Assembly: GCF_024521635.1 (NCBI RefSeq)
Contig: NW_026250404.1
Location: 1,302,001-1,366,000 of the forward strand
Length of the DNA: 64,000 nucleotides
From: Tricharina praecox
Lineage: Eukaryota
Direction of reading: 5' to 3'
Shown: positions 14,257 to 27,153 of the stretch, piece by piece
Numbering within the stretch: position 1 is the first letter of the stretch
Layout of the letters: each line of letters opens with the position of its first letter
Made by a program: the position numbers and the translations under genes
Notes under the pieces: generated by a model
Databases searched by the model: none
What the model was told of the DNA's origin: nothing
The model's input: only the letters and a program-made list of their open reading frames with translations

Positions 14257-15204
14257 AGTTCCCCTGTCAACGCGAAGGACTAGGGTTGATGGCCGAGTGA
14301 GAGAGTGAGTGAGCTGGGAGTTTTTTTTCTTTCTTGTGGACATGTATTGGAGCATCGTGCGCGTGGACAAAATGCAAACCGAAGCGCATACTCAACCAAC
14401 GTTGCATATGAATATCCTGTGACCTCGCCACCGAGTCTTTTCCGTCTTTATTGCCCACCCACTTTCAGGTCTGCCGGGTCCACCACCGCAGAGACTATGA
14501 CAACGCTGAGCATGTGAGTTGAGAGCGGCTAAGGAGCTATATTAGTAGCACACAAGTCCCTTCCCGCCCCGACGTAATTCCAAGCCTTGACTTTCCATTG
14601 ACCCTGCATACTCTTTTCCTCGCTATGTACAATTCAACTTCACGCACGCCGCGGCCCCAACGGCCCGTCAAAATCCATCCCAAGCCAGCACTTCACTCAC
14701 CGAGTTCGTACCCCTTATCAGTGCAGGCAACAGCCCAGCCCAATCAAAGCCAGCCCGCAGCCCGCAGCCCGGCGCGTATAGCCCAGCCCGGGCTGGGCTG
14801 GACTTGGCAGCCCAGCTTTGGGCCGCAGCGAGTGAGTTCCAATGATGCGTCTCACTACTAGTACATATCGTCGAGGGTGATCCGGCACGGCCACCTCCTG
14901 TATGCATCCCAACAGCAACAACCGCAACAGAATGATCGTCCGCAACCAGAGTACATAAATCATCTCCCACAACAAAGCCACCTCCCGCAGAAAATCGCCT
15001 CCTGCAACGATCATCTCCTGCAACAATCGTCTCCCGCAACAAATCGCCTCCCACGTAACGCTCAATCCGATGTCGGACGCAATCGAGTCGAGAGCGCCGG
15101 TTTCGAACCAAGTGGCAGCCTAGGTAGTATCTAAGCGAAAGTTGATGTCGCCAGCGTGGGCCTGTTTCCTATGTATGTACATTAAATACTCTTTCTTCAG
15201 TCCT

Positions 15205-15315
15205 GAGAGAGAGAGAGGGAGAGAGAGATCTTCAGTTTCTTTCGCATGCAGTCTATCTAGACTAGATATGGCGAACCGTCGCACTCCTTTCCTGCCCACT
15301 CTGGCCGGCCGGGGG
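15205..15315 (-). mobile_element. Short LINE/SINE 3'-end copy (stem-loop, A-rich segment, (TC)n tail)
   Basis: Reverse complement reads ttcgccatatctagtctagatagactgcatgcgaaagaaactgaagatc(tc)n and is homologous to 55567-55662, 47444-47494 and 46736-46800. Confidence 0.65.
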
Positions 15316-16399
15316 CTGGGACCCCGCGGGCCGCTACCGGCCAGCACTTTGTGGCGCTGCTGACTACCAAACAACCTCGTCTCGTTGATAGCCCGGGCTA
15401 CATATCAGATCAGCTCACCAGCCTCAGCCCAGCCCATGAAGTTTTCGGGCTGTTGCCTGCACTGCCCATTGTGGACTCCAACACGGTGCGCATGGAGCCG
15501 CTGATGGCTGGTAGGACCGTGAGGGTGCTAAGGTATGTAGATGCGCAATATGGAGGAGGGGGGTTGAGGAGGATCGAAGTACGGCCCTATGGGCAATGAG
15601 TGGATGGAAGAATTTGTGACATCCATGGGGTAACAATGCCTTTTTATTGCTTACTTGGCCATCACTAAAGTAAATGCTTATGTGTACATAAATTAGCATA
15701 CACAAGGCAGAGTACCGTACTTGGCTACGATGCTTAAATAAATACTACCGTATAAACCCGGATATTTGACCTCCCTGTGAAATAGAATTAGCGTGGTGTA
15801 ACGCGCGCTAGAGCGCTTCGGGCCATCGTTGCTGCGGCAACAAACGTCACCTGATGTCGCTTTGAAAGGCTGAAGTCCGTGAGAATGGCAGTGGGCTGCC
15901 CGCCCCTGGACTAAACAGCGGTTGATGTACAGCTTTGCAGAAAACCTCACCGAGATTGACAGCAGCAATGAAGATGAACCTTTTGCTTTATTAAGCTCAC
16001 TCACTGCCGACGGCTCACATTGTTACACCCAGCGAGCTGGCAACATACCTCAGGCATATGGGAATACATTAGTATCGCTGTTGATTATCATCAACCCTTA
16101 CTATGGGCAGTCATTGGAAGAACTCAGTCAGAATTCGAGGATTTTTGGCGAGTGATATATCATGATTGGGATTCGAACCTCACAGAGATAGCCGCTAGAA
16201 CCTCGTGGAGGGTGGCTATGGACTCATTGGTGAGTTCGGGAGTGCGCTCAATCACCTAGGCAAACCTGTTGGAAATCTCACTAAGACGTGCAGGTTGTCA
16301 AAGGTTATCCTCCGTGGCCGCCATAGTAAAAGCATACTAGTTGCCGTTTCCCATACAAATAAAGTTTTATTTAGGGGTCAAAACAGCCCTCGAACGGTC

Positions 16400-17780
16400 G
16401 TGCCGGACAGGCGAGGCGAAACGTACCCGGTGGGTATATGAGGGGAAGCCTGTCATCAGTCAGTACTTTGGAGAAGTTTGGATCAAAACTCGTCGAGTTG
16501 CATATACATACTTCTGCAGTCATACTGCGATTGCTGCGGCACTTGAGACACGTCGTAGACAATAAGGAGACGCATACTATCTGCGAGATAGTAGTCACCG
16601 GAAGGACACGGAAGTCATCGAGCCAATAGGCTGCGGCTCCGTCGTTTGTAGTCGCCGACCAACTCAAGGGTGCATACGAGTTCAGCTCGGAAACACCAAA
16701 ATTGAAGATAGACAAGGGTTCGGTACCCGAAGACCCAGTGCCTAGAACCATCGTCCACATCTCGTACGAGATACCCTTGTGTATTACCGAGGTAATACTC
16801 TCCCGAGCGCTCATAGTTAGACATCAGGTGGGGTGAGCCGTGTCGGTATAAAGACCGACGACTTTCCGTCGTAGAGAAGGCATCGACTACCATCACTGGG
16901 AGTTAAGCCATAACAATCAGACATTGTTACTCTTGGATTTACTCTCTCTCCCTATTCGTGATTATCCGATCATCAACCCTTTTCAGTTGTTTCCAAGAAC
17001 AAGCCATCGTGCGAATGCAATGCGGTACCTAAATACTTCATCAGGACGGTGCTCCACCACAGCACAATTTAAGTATTTAGAGATATCGAGTCATAGGTTG
17101 TGCATGAGTGCACGTCATGTGGAGTGCAACACCACCACAAAACGTATTCTGGCAGCAGCGCATGGTCACCTAAGCACTCGTTTCTGAAGATGGGCTCCGT
17201 GATATCAAGTATGTTGTGCTGTACTGTCTCGGAAATATGCATCAAGGACTTACTCACAAAGCCGCCTAATCTCCGACGTGACGTTTTGTGCAAATCGATC
17301 AGCCAGCGATGGGAGTTCCTACACTGCCACTTTTCTCGTAGGTATTTGGTACTCCTTCAATTCGGCAATTGGGTTCAGGCAGTGACAGCACAAATGTTGT
17401 GCAGCAAGATGCGAAGATGAGACATATCCAGTGATTGGGATGACTTCTTAACGTCTGCCTCGGAAATTAAACTCCCGAGAGTCAACCGATCTCGAGTCCA
17501 AGCGTAAAGCGAGCTTCGAGCTCGGAGAAGTAGGAGCCAACGGTACCGGAATAGTGGGATAACGATGCTCAAAATAGTTGCCATGACCGACACTTTACTA
17601 CTACCCAAGAAAAGATATTCTGAGACTCGAAGTTCTTCGTAGATGTGTCGGCCCAAGTTTCGCCGAATATCGAGAGCCAGGCCCACAATTGCGTATCCTG
17701 AGTTCTTTTGTCGAAAGAAGTTGTGCATAAGGCACTCATAATTGTGGGGAGCGGATTGGGACACACGATAAGCTCGAATA
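16400..17780 (-). pseudogene. Possible decayed coding region, family unrecognised
   Basis: ORFs 17375-17764 and 17069-17293 share a frame, separated by a few stops. A further protein-like frame lies at 16615-16896. No recognisable motif. Confidence 0.25.
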
Positions 17781-17971
17781 TTCCAGGTCTTACCACATGG
17801 GAAAATCGAGACAAATGCTGGGACCCATTATAATATTAGTTATACAGTTTAATGAGAAATGTTACATCGCTCGATGGTACGGAAGAGTCGTGGAGTGAAA
17901 ACTTTCAGTGTGGGTCGATCGACTCCATGCGAGTGATATCATGTGTATCTATCTGACACGCACATCTCCCT

Positions 17972-18044
17972 GTTCTGGTAGCTCAGGGGTTAGAGCGGTC
18001 GATTGCAGATCGACAGGTCCCCCGTTCAAATCGAGGTCAGAACT
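17972..18044 (+). tRNA. tRNA-Cys(GCA), intronless
   Basis: Cloverleaf: acceptor GTTCTGG/TCAGAAC, D arm GCTC-AGGGGTTA-GAGC, anticodon arm GTCGA-TTGCAGA-TCGAC, T arm CCCCG-TTCAAAT-CGAGG (one C-A mismatch), discriminator U73 typical of Cys. T5 at 18090-18094. Confidence 0.93.
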
Positions 18045-18114
18045 ACTATGGTCTCTGCCTTCTCAAACTTGAGAAGGTTAAGCCTTCTATTTTTGGCCGG
18101 AGACGAAAGCATAT

Positions 18115-19513
18115 TTAGAGATTAAACCACTTCTTTCCCTTCTTCTCCATAGCCTTACGATCCATATCCCTTTGCAGCATCTTCGAGTACACATGATCCA
18201 CCAACGTCTTCTCCCTCAACCTCATTTGATCCTCGTTAAACAGCCCGCGGCCACCATCAAACGCCGTATCTGGGTCATCACTGCCCTTGCACTCCCCCTC
18301 GACGATGCCAACGGTCCAGCATAGCTTCTCCACAATACCCATCATCCACTCCTTGTGTTCCAATCCATCCCTCCACTCCCTGGGCAAGTCGGTAAACCCG
18401 GTCCAAGATCCCAAAACCGCACCGGCGATGCATGCATTGGTATCGGCATCCCCACCCTCCATCACCAGCTCGAAGATAAGCTCTTTAAAGTTGCCCCCAC
18501 GAATTCCACGCCGCAGTGTCACCACCGCCGTTCCAAGCGCTTTGTAGACGTACCCTATCTTGCGCCTGTCGTCGAGTTCCAGCGCCGCTAGGTCGGCGGC
18601 GTAAATGTGACGATGGAAGTCCTCGCGGTCGAGGAGCTGGGCATCGGGAAATTCGGGGTCCGGATGATCCCACGTCTTCGGGCGCGCTTCGACGAAGGAG
18701 TACGCAGCCTCGATAACCGCATCCACATCGGTCTCGCACAGTACCTCGCCGCGGAGAATCCCCCGGATGAGGCCCGTGACGATGCAGCAGGCGACGGCAC
18801 ACCTCGGGTCAAAGTGAGACACCAAGGACATCTCCATCGCGATTTCGAACGTCTCCTCGCGCGTCTTGCCCACGCAGATGATCCCTAGCGGGTGGGTACG
18901 CATCAGCGAGCCGTTCGCGGCGTTGTTTCGGCCGCTTTCAAGCCACTTCGCTTTCGCCACAGCGAAGGGGTCCGTAGTGAAGAGCGGGTCACCCGTAACG
19001 GTTTTTACCGTTCGGCCGAGACCGAGCGGTAGGCGATCGAGGACCCGGAGACCTTGCGAGCACCAGGACTGTAGGCGCTTTGCAAACTCGATAGGTTTGA
19101 GCTGGCCATCGTGGTGAAGGTATGTGAGGATCATGAGTAGACTATGGTCCGTGTCGTCGGTCCAGAAGCACTATGCTGGTCAGTAGTGGATCGTCCCTAC
19201 TCTCAGAAGAGGTGGATGGTACCTCGACAAACTTGTCGCGATGGCCGTCGCCGAAGAAAGGAGTCACCGGTGGGATCAGAGAGATGCTCTGGCCATCGTA
19301 TGCTTCGGTAGCTTGTTGCTTTGAAAGGAATTCTACGATCACAGAGGTGAGCCTGACATATCTCGCTAACCGCAACGTCCACTGACCAGTATAAAGCCCC
19401 ACGGCGTCACCTAGGGCCGAGCCGATGAGAGTTCCTCGAACTTTTTCGACGACGGTGGAGCGCACGAAGGGGTGCAGCGAGAGGTAGTCCAGATTTGCGG
19501 ATTCGGATGCCAT
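18115..19513 (-). CDS. ADP-ribosylglycohydrolase (ARH/DraG family); exons 19513-19387, 19332-19223, 19170-18115
   Basis: Spliced protein has GSALGDAVG, WTDDTDHS, AANGSLMR, SHFDPRC and GGDADTNACIAGA, the ARH Mg-binding motifs. Confidence 0.93.
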
Positions 19514-20600
19514 TTGGACTGCAGGAAAAGGGGGGAGGTTGGAATAAGCCCATGTCGTACGGATTATATACTTGACGTATAAGACAACTCTAACTGCTTG
19601 TAGGGCAGTGGTATCTTCCGATTGGATGGATGATTCCGAACGAGTGATAGTCATGATAAGGACGGACTTGTGAGGACAAGTATCACGGGCTGTTTCATTG
19701 CTTTATTTAATGGCTTCTATAACACTCTTTTGAGGGCGACCCTAAATACTGTACCTACAGTGAAGGGGGGAGTGTGGGCGGTAAAATAAACGAAAGTGAT
19801 AGAGCCCTGTAAAGGGCCGCAAAGTATCACCGAAAAACAGTAATGACACCGCTTCAACGCTTCAGCGTATGCGTTAACATTACGTTCAGCGGTGCGATGA
19901 GAACCAACGCACTTGTGTGGTTATGCTAGTACATGTCCTTTTAACTTCCCAATCATGAGTTCGAGTTTTCAGGCCCTACAATTCTACTGTTGATAGGGTC
20001 TCGAATGACCGATGCAGACCTTTTGAGACTTGTGCACTGAATCAAGCCTCGAGAACGCCAGAAGGCATAGAGCACCTATGATAGCTACATACAGGTTGTG
20101 CGAGAGCAGCTCCTAGGCCCCCTCACTCATCCCTATGGAAGCGGTTTCAGCCTGCAATGTGTAGAAGCTTACCGAAGCAATTCCATTTGCGCTTCTGTAT
20201 CACTTCGAAGAAACTTGGTTAACAAGCATCAAACCGAGCTCCATATCTCTCCCTGCGGAAGATGCCGCAAGCGAGGTGTCCGAGTGGAAGCCTTGGAGCG
20301 GAAAGGCGTGCAGAGAGGAGGCGAGAGGAGGAGGAGGCTGAGGTTGAGGAGCCAGGGTCATACCCGTTGTTCCTCCCCATACCTCCTCCATGGCGTCTTC
20401 TGAAGAAGAGGCAGCGGACGAGACGGAGTGAGTAGCGGACTTTTCTTTTCCTTCTTCTTGGCCAAGGGGAGGGACCTTGTAGAGTATCTTCATGTGGATT
20501 GGATGACGACAAAGCTTTACTGCATTGTGGTGACTGACGTCTCGCGCATCAACGATTGATTATCTGTGTAGCTGAAAGCGCAAAATTTTAGATTGACCCA

Positions 20601-20717
20601 AACGCGACTGTTGTATACATGAAAAGCCGCTTAGAGAGTCCCTAATGCTGTTATAGGGGACCTGGTTGTATGTCATACATTCTGTTACACACCCACAATC
20701 GCGTCTGACCAACGCGT
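20601..20717 (+). promoter_or_regulatory. MCB-like elements upstream of PSO2
   Basis: ACGCGA at 20602, TCGCGT at 20699 and ACGCGT at 20712, within 175 bp of the PSO2 ATG. MCB boxes are typical of MBF-regulated repair genes. Confidence 0.5.
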
Positions 20718-20772
20718 CTCACCGCCCTCATTTCTTGATCGCTGACCACATCCCGCCACTTCAGCAACCATA

Positions 20773-23695
20773 ATGTTCCGCAAACAGCCAGGAGTCAGCT
20801 CCCATTCAGCAGTTTCATCCTCCCCAATCGACCTAACCGCCTCCTCTCCGCCCTCCGCAAAGAAGCAAAAGACCGCTCACCCGCCGCCCCCGACTTTCCC
20901 GACGCCATCGAGGCCCCGCGGACCCCGGCAGACACAGCTCACGGCGTTCCTGGCAACCCCGCCCCCGGTCAAGAAGTTTACACCGACGAAGTCTATTGGA
21001 AAGAAGAGGGCGAAGAATACGTCTATCCTGAAGTTTTTCAAGCCTGTAGCGGACGGTGACGGGAAGGGAGGGAAGAAGGATGGAAAGAGCGATGAGTTGT
21101 TCATCAGCCATGGCGGGTATGGACTTGATGTCAGTGATCCTGAAGATGCAGACGAGAGCGATGACGAGGAACTGGGGTTGGATGCTTTAATTGCGAGGGA
21201 GGCCATGAAAGCGGGGCCGCCGCCGGAACCGATGGAGCTGGAGCAGGAGGTGGCGAGCGAGCCGGTATCTACTGTCAACGATGATGTACCGACTGAGAGC
21301 ACCACTGCACCGATTACTCCTATCGCCAAAACGAAGTACGCAGCACCAAAGTTTGATCCGTCGGCACTTAAACTGAACCTCTCGTCCTCGATGCTGTTCG
21401 GTAAAGCGCCCGCTCCGATGTCTGCCACGAAGACGACTGCTACTACACCGACAGACAGTGGGGACGACACACTGGCTACAGCCACGAACGATGTCGCAGA
21501 AGAAGCTACCACAACTACCACACCTTCAGTGATGAAGGAGCTCGCTTCGGTCCCGTCGAAGGCTGCAACTTTTGAGAGCACGGACACAACGACGAAAGTT
21601 GAGCACACGGTCGCGACAAAGACAGTCCCAGCGAACGCCCGAGACATTGTAACAACGAAAGCAGGCTTCAGAGGTTTATTGTGGGGGAGAAAGCCGCAGG
21701 AGACTGAGGTTCTGGACGACATTGAGGACTTCACACAGACCCAGACGCAACGGTTCAAAAAACGCCAACGGGAGCCCGAGGATCACATACAAGGGACATT
21801 CGAGAGTATGAGTGTTAACTCTGATCATGATGTGGAGGACGCAGGGGAGAACGAGGACGACAATGAGGACGAACCAAACCAAGGCTCCGATGCCTCCGAC
21901 GAAGAGGAGGATGCAGAAGAGGACACGATGGGATTTGAGCAGTGGGAGGCTACGCAGACAACTTTTGACTTTGATCCCGCTGCTAGAGCCGTTGAAAGAG
22001 GATTTTGGCAGGACACCCAGGTCATAATGAAGCCCTCAGATGTCCAAGTCGAAGCCACACAGCTTCCTGCTGCCGCAAAGTGTCCCATATGTGGAACCAG
22101 TTTTGCGAGGTTATCGAACTCGGACGCGAACGCTCATGTCAATCGCTGCCTCGATGGTGATCCGATGCCCCCTCCCGCAACGCCCAAAACATCCCGCATC
22201 ACTTACACTCTACCACCCACTTCAGAGACATCAAATCCGCATGCGCCCCTCAAGTTTCAGACTTCCAATAAACAAGCATCCGCATTTACGAAGATCATGT
22301 CCAACAATACCAAAGAGCACGCCTGGGCATCCGCTGCTAAAACTGAAGCGGAATCGAAGGGCAAGAGGGCGATTGAGCGTACCTGTCCTTTCTACAAGAT
22401 CCTCTTCAACGGACCAATTACCGTCGACGCATTTCGGTACGGCAAGATTCCCGGCTGCAACGCTTATTTCCTCTCGCACTTTCATTCGGATCACTATGTC
22501 GGCCTTTCTTCCACCTGGCAACATGGTCCTATCTACTGCTCCCGGGTCACCGCAAATCTAGTGCGCTCGAGACTGAAGGTCGATCCGCAGTGGGTTGTCG
22601 AACTCCCATGGGAAGAGTGGCTTGAAGTGCCAGGAGTCGATGGGGTGAGAGTCCGAGGTCTCGACGCCAACCATTGTCCTGGGAGTATGCTCTTCCTATT
22701 TGAGAATCTTAAAGGCAAAAAGCCGATCAGGGTCTTGCATTGCGGAGATTTCCGGGCAGAACCGAAACACCTCGACCACCCGCTTCTCCGCCCTGGAAAG
22801 AACCGCACACAGAAGATTGATACAGTGTATCTCGACACCACCTACCTCGATCCCAAGTACGCGTTTCCAACCCAGAAGAACGTTATCGATGCGTGTGCCG
22901 AAATGTGTGTCCTCCTCGACAGCGACCAGGTACCCGATATGAAGGACTCTGGGAGCCTAGCCAACTTTGTTACGAAAGCTACTGAGATCAAGAAGGAGTC
23001 TGAAGCCACGCGGTCGAAGCGTCGGCTCTTGATCATGGTGGGAACGTACTCCATCGGCAAGGAACGAATTGCCACCGGTTCGTACCCACATCTCCCAGTT
23101 CTAAACATTTCACTGACTATTCCACACAGGCATCGCTCATGCGCTCAACTCCAAAATTTACGCACCACCAAACAAGCTCTTTACTCTCCAACAGCTCGAA
23201 GACCCCACCCTCACACGCCTCCTAACCTCTGACCCATCAGCCGCACAAGTGCACCTAACACCTCTCGGCTCCGTCGACCCAACAACGCTATCCACATACC
23301 TCTCTCAGCACCCCTCCTTCGCACGCATCGTTGCCTTCCGTCCCTCAGGCTGGAGCTACAAACCGCCCACCTCGCGCCTTACCACATCTCCCAAACTCGA
23401 TGACGTATTATTCTCACCCACCTGGAAGAGCGCGTATTCAATCAAGGATATGGCGCCTGTCCGAGGCGGCAGCGATAAAGTTCGCTGTTACGGAGTGCCA
23501 TACAGTGAACACAGCAGCTTCCGGGAACTATGCATGTTCTGCTGTGCGTTGGATATTGGAAGAATAATCCCCACCGTCAATGTGGGCTCTAAGAAGGCCC
23601 GCGAGCGGATGGAGGGATGGATTCAGAAGTGGGATACCGCGAGGAAAAGGGGATTGTTTTCGCTTGGAGAGGGAGGAGGAGGAGAAAGCTGGTAG
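20773..23695 (+). CDS. PSO2: DNA interstrand cross-link repair nuclease Pso2/Snm1 (UBZ finger + MBL/beta-CASP); exons 20773-23077, 23130-23695
   Basis: CPICG...HVNRCLD zinc finger; CPFYK, VDAF, FLSHFHSDHY, DANHCPGS, LHCGDFR, YLDTTY, GTYSIGKER, AFRPSGW, VPYSEHSSFREL, IIPTVN. 52-nt intron 23078-23129. Confidence 0.95.
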
Positions 23696-23904
23696 TTATA
23701 TTTCTGCTTACCCCTACATTTGCATTTGGTCCTGGCGTTGTGGTTTGGCGGAATGGAAGGTTATGCTGCGTCTGTAAGTTGGCATAGTCTTTGCGGTTGG
23801 CATCAGAATCTGTAAATCTGATGGCTGTTTCTCGTTGCCAAAGGCGCGTGTGTATTCACAATATATTACATTATCATTACATCCTCCTCTCCCTCTTCCC
23901 ATCT

Positions 23905-25840
23905 TCAGCAGATATCTTTAAACAGCGCCACCGACGGATCACTACCTCCCCGTTAGCACGACTCATCAACATCTCAGCGGCAGGAGGGACTTACTGATCG
24001 CTAACCTCAACCGCACCATGGGTATTAACATGCACATGCTCAAGCGCCTTAACCTTCTTACTAAGCGCCTTGCTCACCAGGATATGATCCAGCTGCTGCG
24101 AGTTCATGTCATACAGGTAAGTGTACCTCTCCTCCTTCTTGATGCCAGCGACCACATCCAGATCGTACATGACCTCCTCCAGCAGCTCCTGCGGGGCCAC
24201 ACCCGAGAACTCGTTGAAATCGCCCGCGGCAATGATGTGCGCGTCGGCATTGACGGCCAGGATCGAGGCGATGAAGGGTTTCATTGCCGCGGCCTGCGCG
24301 AGACGGTCTTCGATGCCACCGTTGATCGGCGGGCGGCTGTCGCCGTGGAGGGAGCTGGAGCCGCCCTTGGAGCCGGAGTGCACGTTGATGGCGTACAGAG
24401 GCTTCTTGGAGCTCTTGATGGTGAAGCAGGCGACGAGGGGCTTGCGCGAGGAGGTGAATGCCACGTTGGTGGGGTCGATGCGGCCGGGATTGTAGGTCAG
24501 TGCGCCGGAGGGGAGGATGGCAGTGCCGGCGGTGGCGTTGCCGGCGGTGCCCGGGGTGAGCGAAAGGACCGTGGGGTTATAAAGGTATGCTACACGGATG
24601 TTTCCGCCGGGTGCGCCGCCGTCCTTGCCGTTCTCCGGGGCGATCTCGACGGAGGAGTAGGTTATTCCAGAGAGTGCGGCTACTTCGGCGGAGAGCGCAG
24701 CAAGTGTCTCGTTTGCGGAGGTGATGCCGGCGTTGATGGTGCCGTCGTTGTCTTGAACTTCCTGCACAAAGAGGAGATCGGGTGTCTTGAGGTAGTCCAC
24801 GATGTGGGCAGCCAGCGCGGGGAGGTGTGAGGACTTTGGCGTCAGGTTCTCGACGTTGTATTGGCCGATGGTGATGCCTTTGCAGGAGCCCTTGGAGACG
24901 AGGGTGGTAGGGGGGACGACGCCGGAGCTGGCGGAGGTGACCGTGATGGCGGTCTTGGGAAGGATCCGGTAGAAGCCGAAGGCGTAAGTTACGACGCCTT
25001 CGATCGGGCCGAGGACATCGCCGAGTTTTACGTCGACGTTATTGGTGCCGTCCAGCGGGTCGCCGATGAGAATGGCTTCGGGGTTTGCGTCGGAGGTAGA
25101 GGAGTCTGGATGTTGTCAGTCTTGTCTCTCTGAGGGGATTGTGAACGGTACACACCGGTGGTAATGGTCAAGCCTCCGGCCTTGTTGAGGCCGGTGACTT
25201 TCCAGTCGCCGCGGACCCATACATCGCCATAGTTGCTATTGGTGCCCAGCGCCACGGGTGCAGTGATTTGCACGTACGATCCGACCAAGCTCTCCCAGAA
25301 ATCCAGGCCGTACTTGGTCGGCGTAAGAGTAGCATTGGTGGTGGAAAGCAGACTCGCGCCATTGGGAAGACCGAAGATGTCGCCATTGTCCAAGGCCGAG
25401 TACTGCGTAGTGGGAGGAGACAGTCCCGTCTTTCCTAGGATAATCGGCGTCACTGTGTTGCCCGAGGAGACCTTGACGATGTTGGTGGGGTTTATGATCT
25501 CTGTTAGGTAGATATATGCCGAAGAGGAGCGGTACTCGGTGACCCTGGAGTCCCCGATGGTGACGATGTCGCCCGAGACTACGGTCTTTGCCGCGGTGGA
25601 GTTGAACACATAGATTCCCGAGGACAGAAAGCTCTTCTTTCCGAACTTGGCTGAGTTGCTAGGAGCCACGTCTTGAAGGTAGAAGCCAGCGGATCCGACG
25701 GCGGTCACCAGGCCGGTAACATTGGAGATGGCTTTTCCGTTGTATGGAGAAAGCCACGCGGGACCGTTGACTTCGGCGATTGATAATGCGGCAGCAGAGG
25801 CCAGGTAGGTAGCGAGTGTGGAGAGAACGTAGGACTTCAT
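23905..25840 (-). CDS. Secreted endonuclease/exonuclease/phosphatase-family nuclease with N-terminal OB-fold-like region; exons 25840-25156, 25105-23995, 23941-23905
   Basis: Signal-peptide-like MKSYVLSTLATYLASAAALS; GFYLQD, FWESLVG, YNVENL, QEVQDN, SRKPL, AGDFNE, QQLDHI. The terminal intron restores SDHDP. Confidence 0.92.
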
Positions 25841-27153
25841 AGCAACAACAGTCTTCGTTCCGATTGGGATATGGCTGCTACCGAATCCATAGGAGAGGAG
25901 AGATGCCCGTGGTTTTATGAAGAAACCGGGCTCGGTGGCCGTAGGGCATTGCACAATCACGCAAGTGGGAATCGATTGGGACCCAGCTACAGAGCACACC
26001 AGAGTTCCAGATGAAACGATTTCCAAGTCGTAGGCATCGTACCAAATTTCCCCCGCATGACCAACAAGCAATCAGAACTCGGGATATCTGATTGAATTCA
26101 CCCCGCGCGAGCACGTGTTGACGTTCTCTCGTGGTTCCTATCTCACAGGGGATAGAGCAGGTACCGGTATCGAGCCGGGATGCAGTACCCCAGACATCAT
26201 GTAGGAACCATCTAGATTTCACGATCAACTCCCAGATATGGATTGGCTCGGCACGTTGCGCGGAAGAATTGCTGTAACTGCGGGCGATCCGATACCGATA
26301 TCTTCATGCGCAGGCACCAAAGCTCCTGCCCGTTGCATAGTGTAACCGCGCAACTGCCAAAACCGGGATAAGTGGCGGATAGTGGACGGTCGGAGTCGAC
26401 CAATAAGAAGCGACGAGCGGTATCTCGTGCCTGGACCAGCGTCGGCGAGGAAGGTCGTGTACATAGCGGGCGGCGGAGAGCGGAGAACTGCGACAGCCGT
26501 GGTTGGGCAAGCAGAACTACTCCACTTTTCTTCTGCCGGGTAATTAGGCAGTCTAGCCGTCAAGATGACTAACTCTCTTAAGATAGTCAGATCAATCCGA
26601 AGTTGCGTCGTACAGTACCTAACCTTAGATAAGCGTTCGATTTTGGTGCAGCTCGCTTGAATTTCTTCTCTCTCGGACAGAGAGAAAAGGCAGATGGAAT
26701 ATAGAGTATCAAAAGCATTCTCTCATGACCCATGACAACGATCAATTCACGTATGGCGTGGGAGTCTTGTGTAAATATGTTGTTCTCTGCTCAAAAGTAT
26801 CATACGGACAAGATTTGCGAGCCATCCACGTCTGATATGCCTATTGTATTCATCTATGGGTGTAAACCTAGATATCAGTAAGTATATCCTATCTCTTGTA
26901 CATATACTTTGCTTGTGGTTACATACGACCGTGTAAGTGTGATGTGGAAATCCTGGATATCGTTGTAATATGGAGTCATTCTTTGCGTAGCCGTTGCGTA
27001 GGCGGTTACTTGGTCATGACGACGGCGGGGGGCACTGGCCACCTATCAGCCTTCATATATGTCCTCTCTCGAGGCCTTCAGACTTCTTTCTACTCAATAT
27101 TCATTCATACTTTCCAACAAGTTATGATGATGTACGGGCAAGTGATCGGTTAT

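Noticed and set aside
20877..21758. 293-aa antisense ORF, and similar ones opposite the nuclease and PEX6
   Set aside because: Shadow ORFs of real genes.
26921..27040. ACATACGACC, like the start of fungal 5S rRNA (also at ~39215)
   Set aside because: The rest does not follow the 5S sequence, and there is no complementary 3' end.
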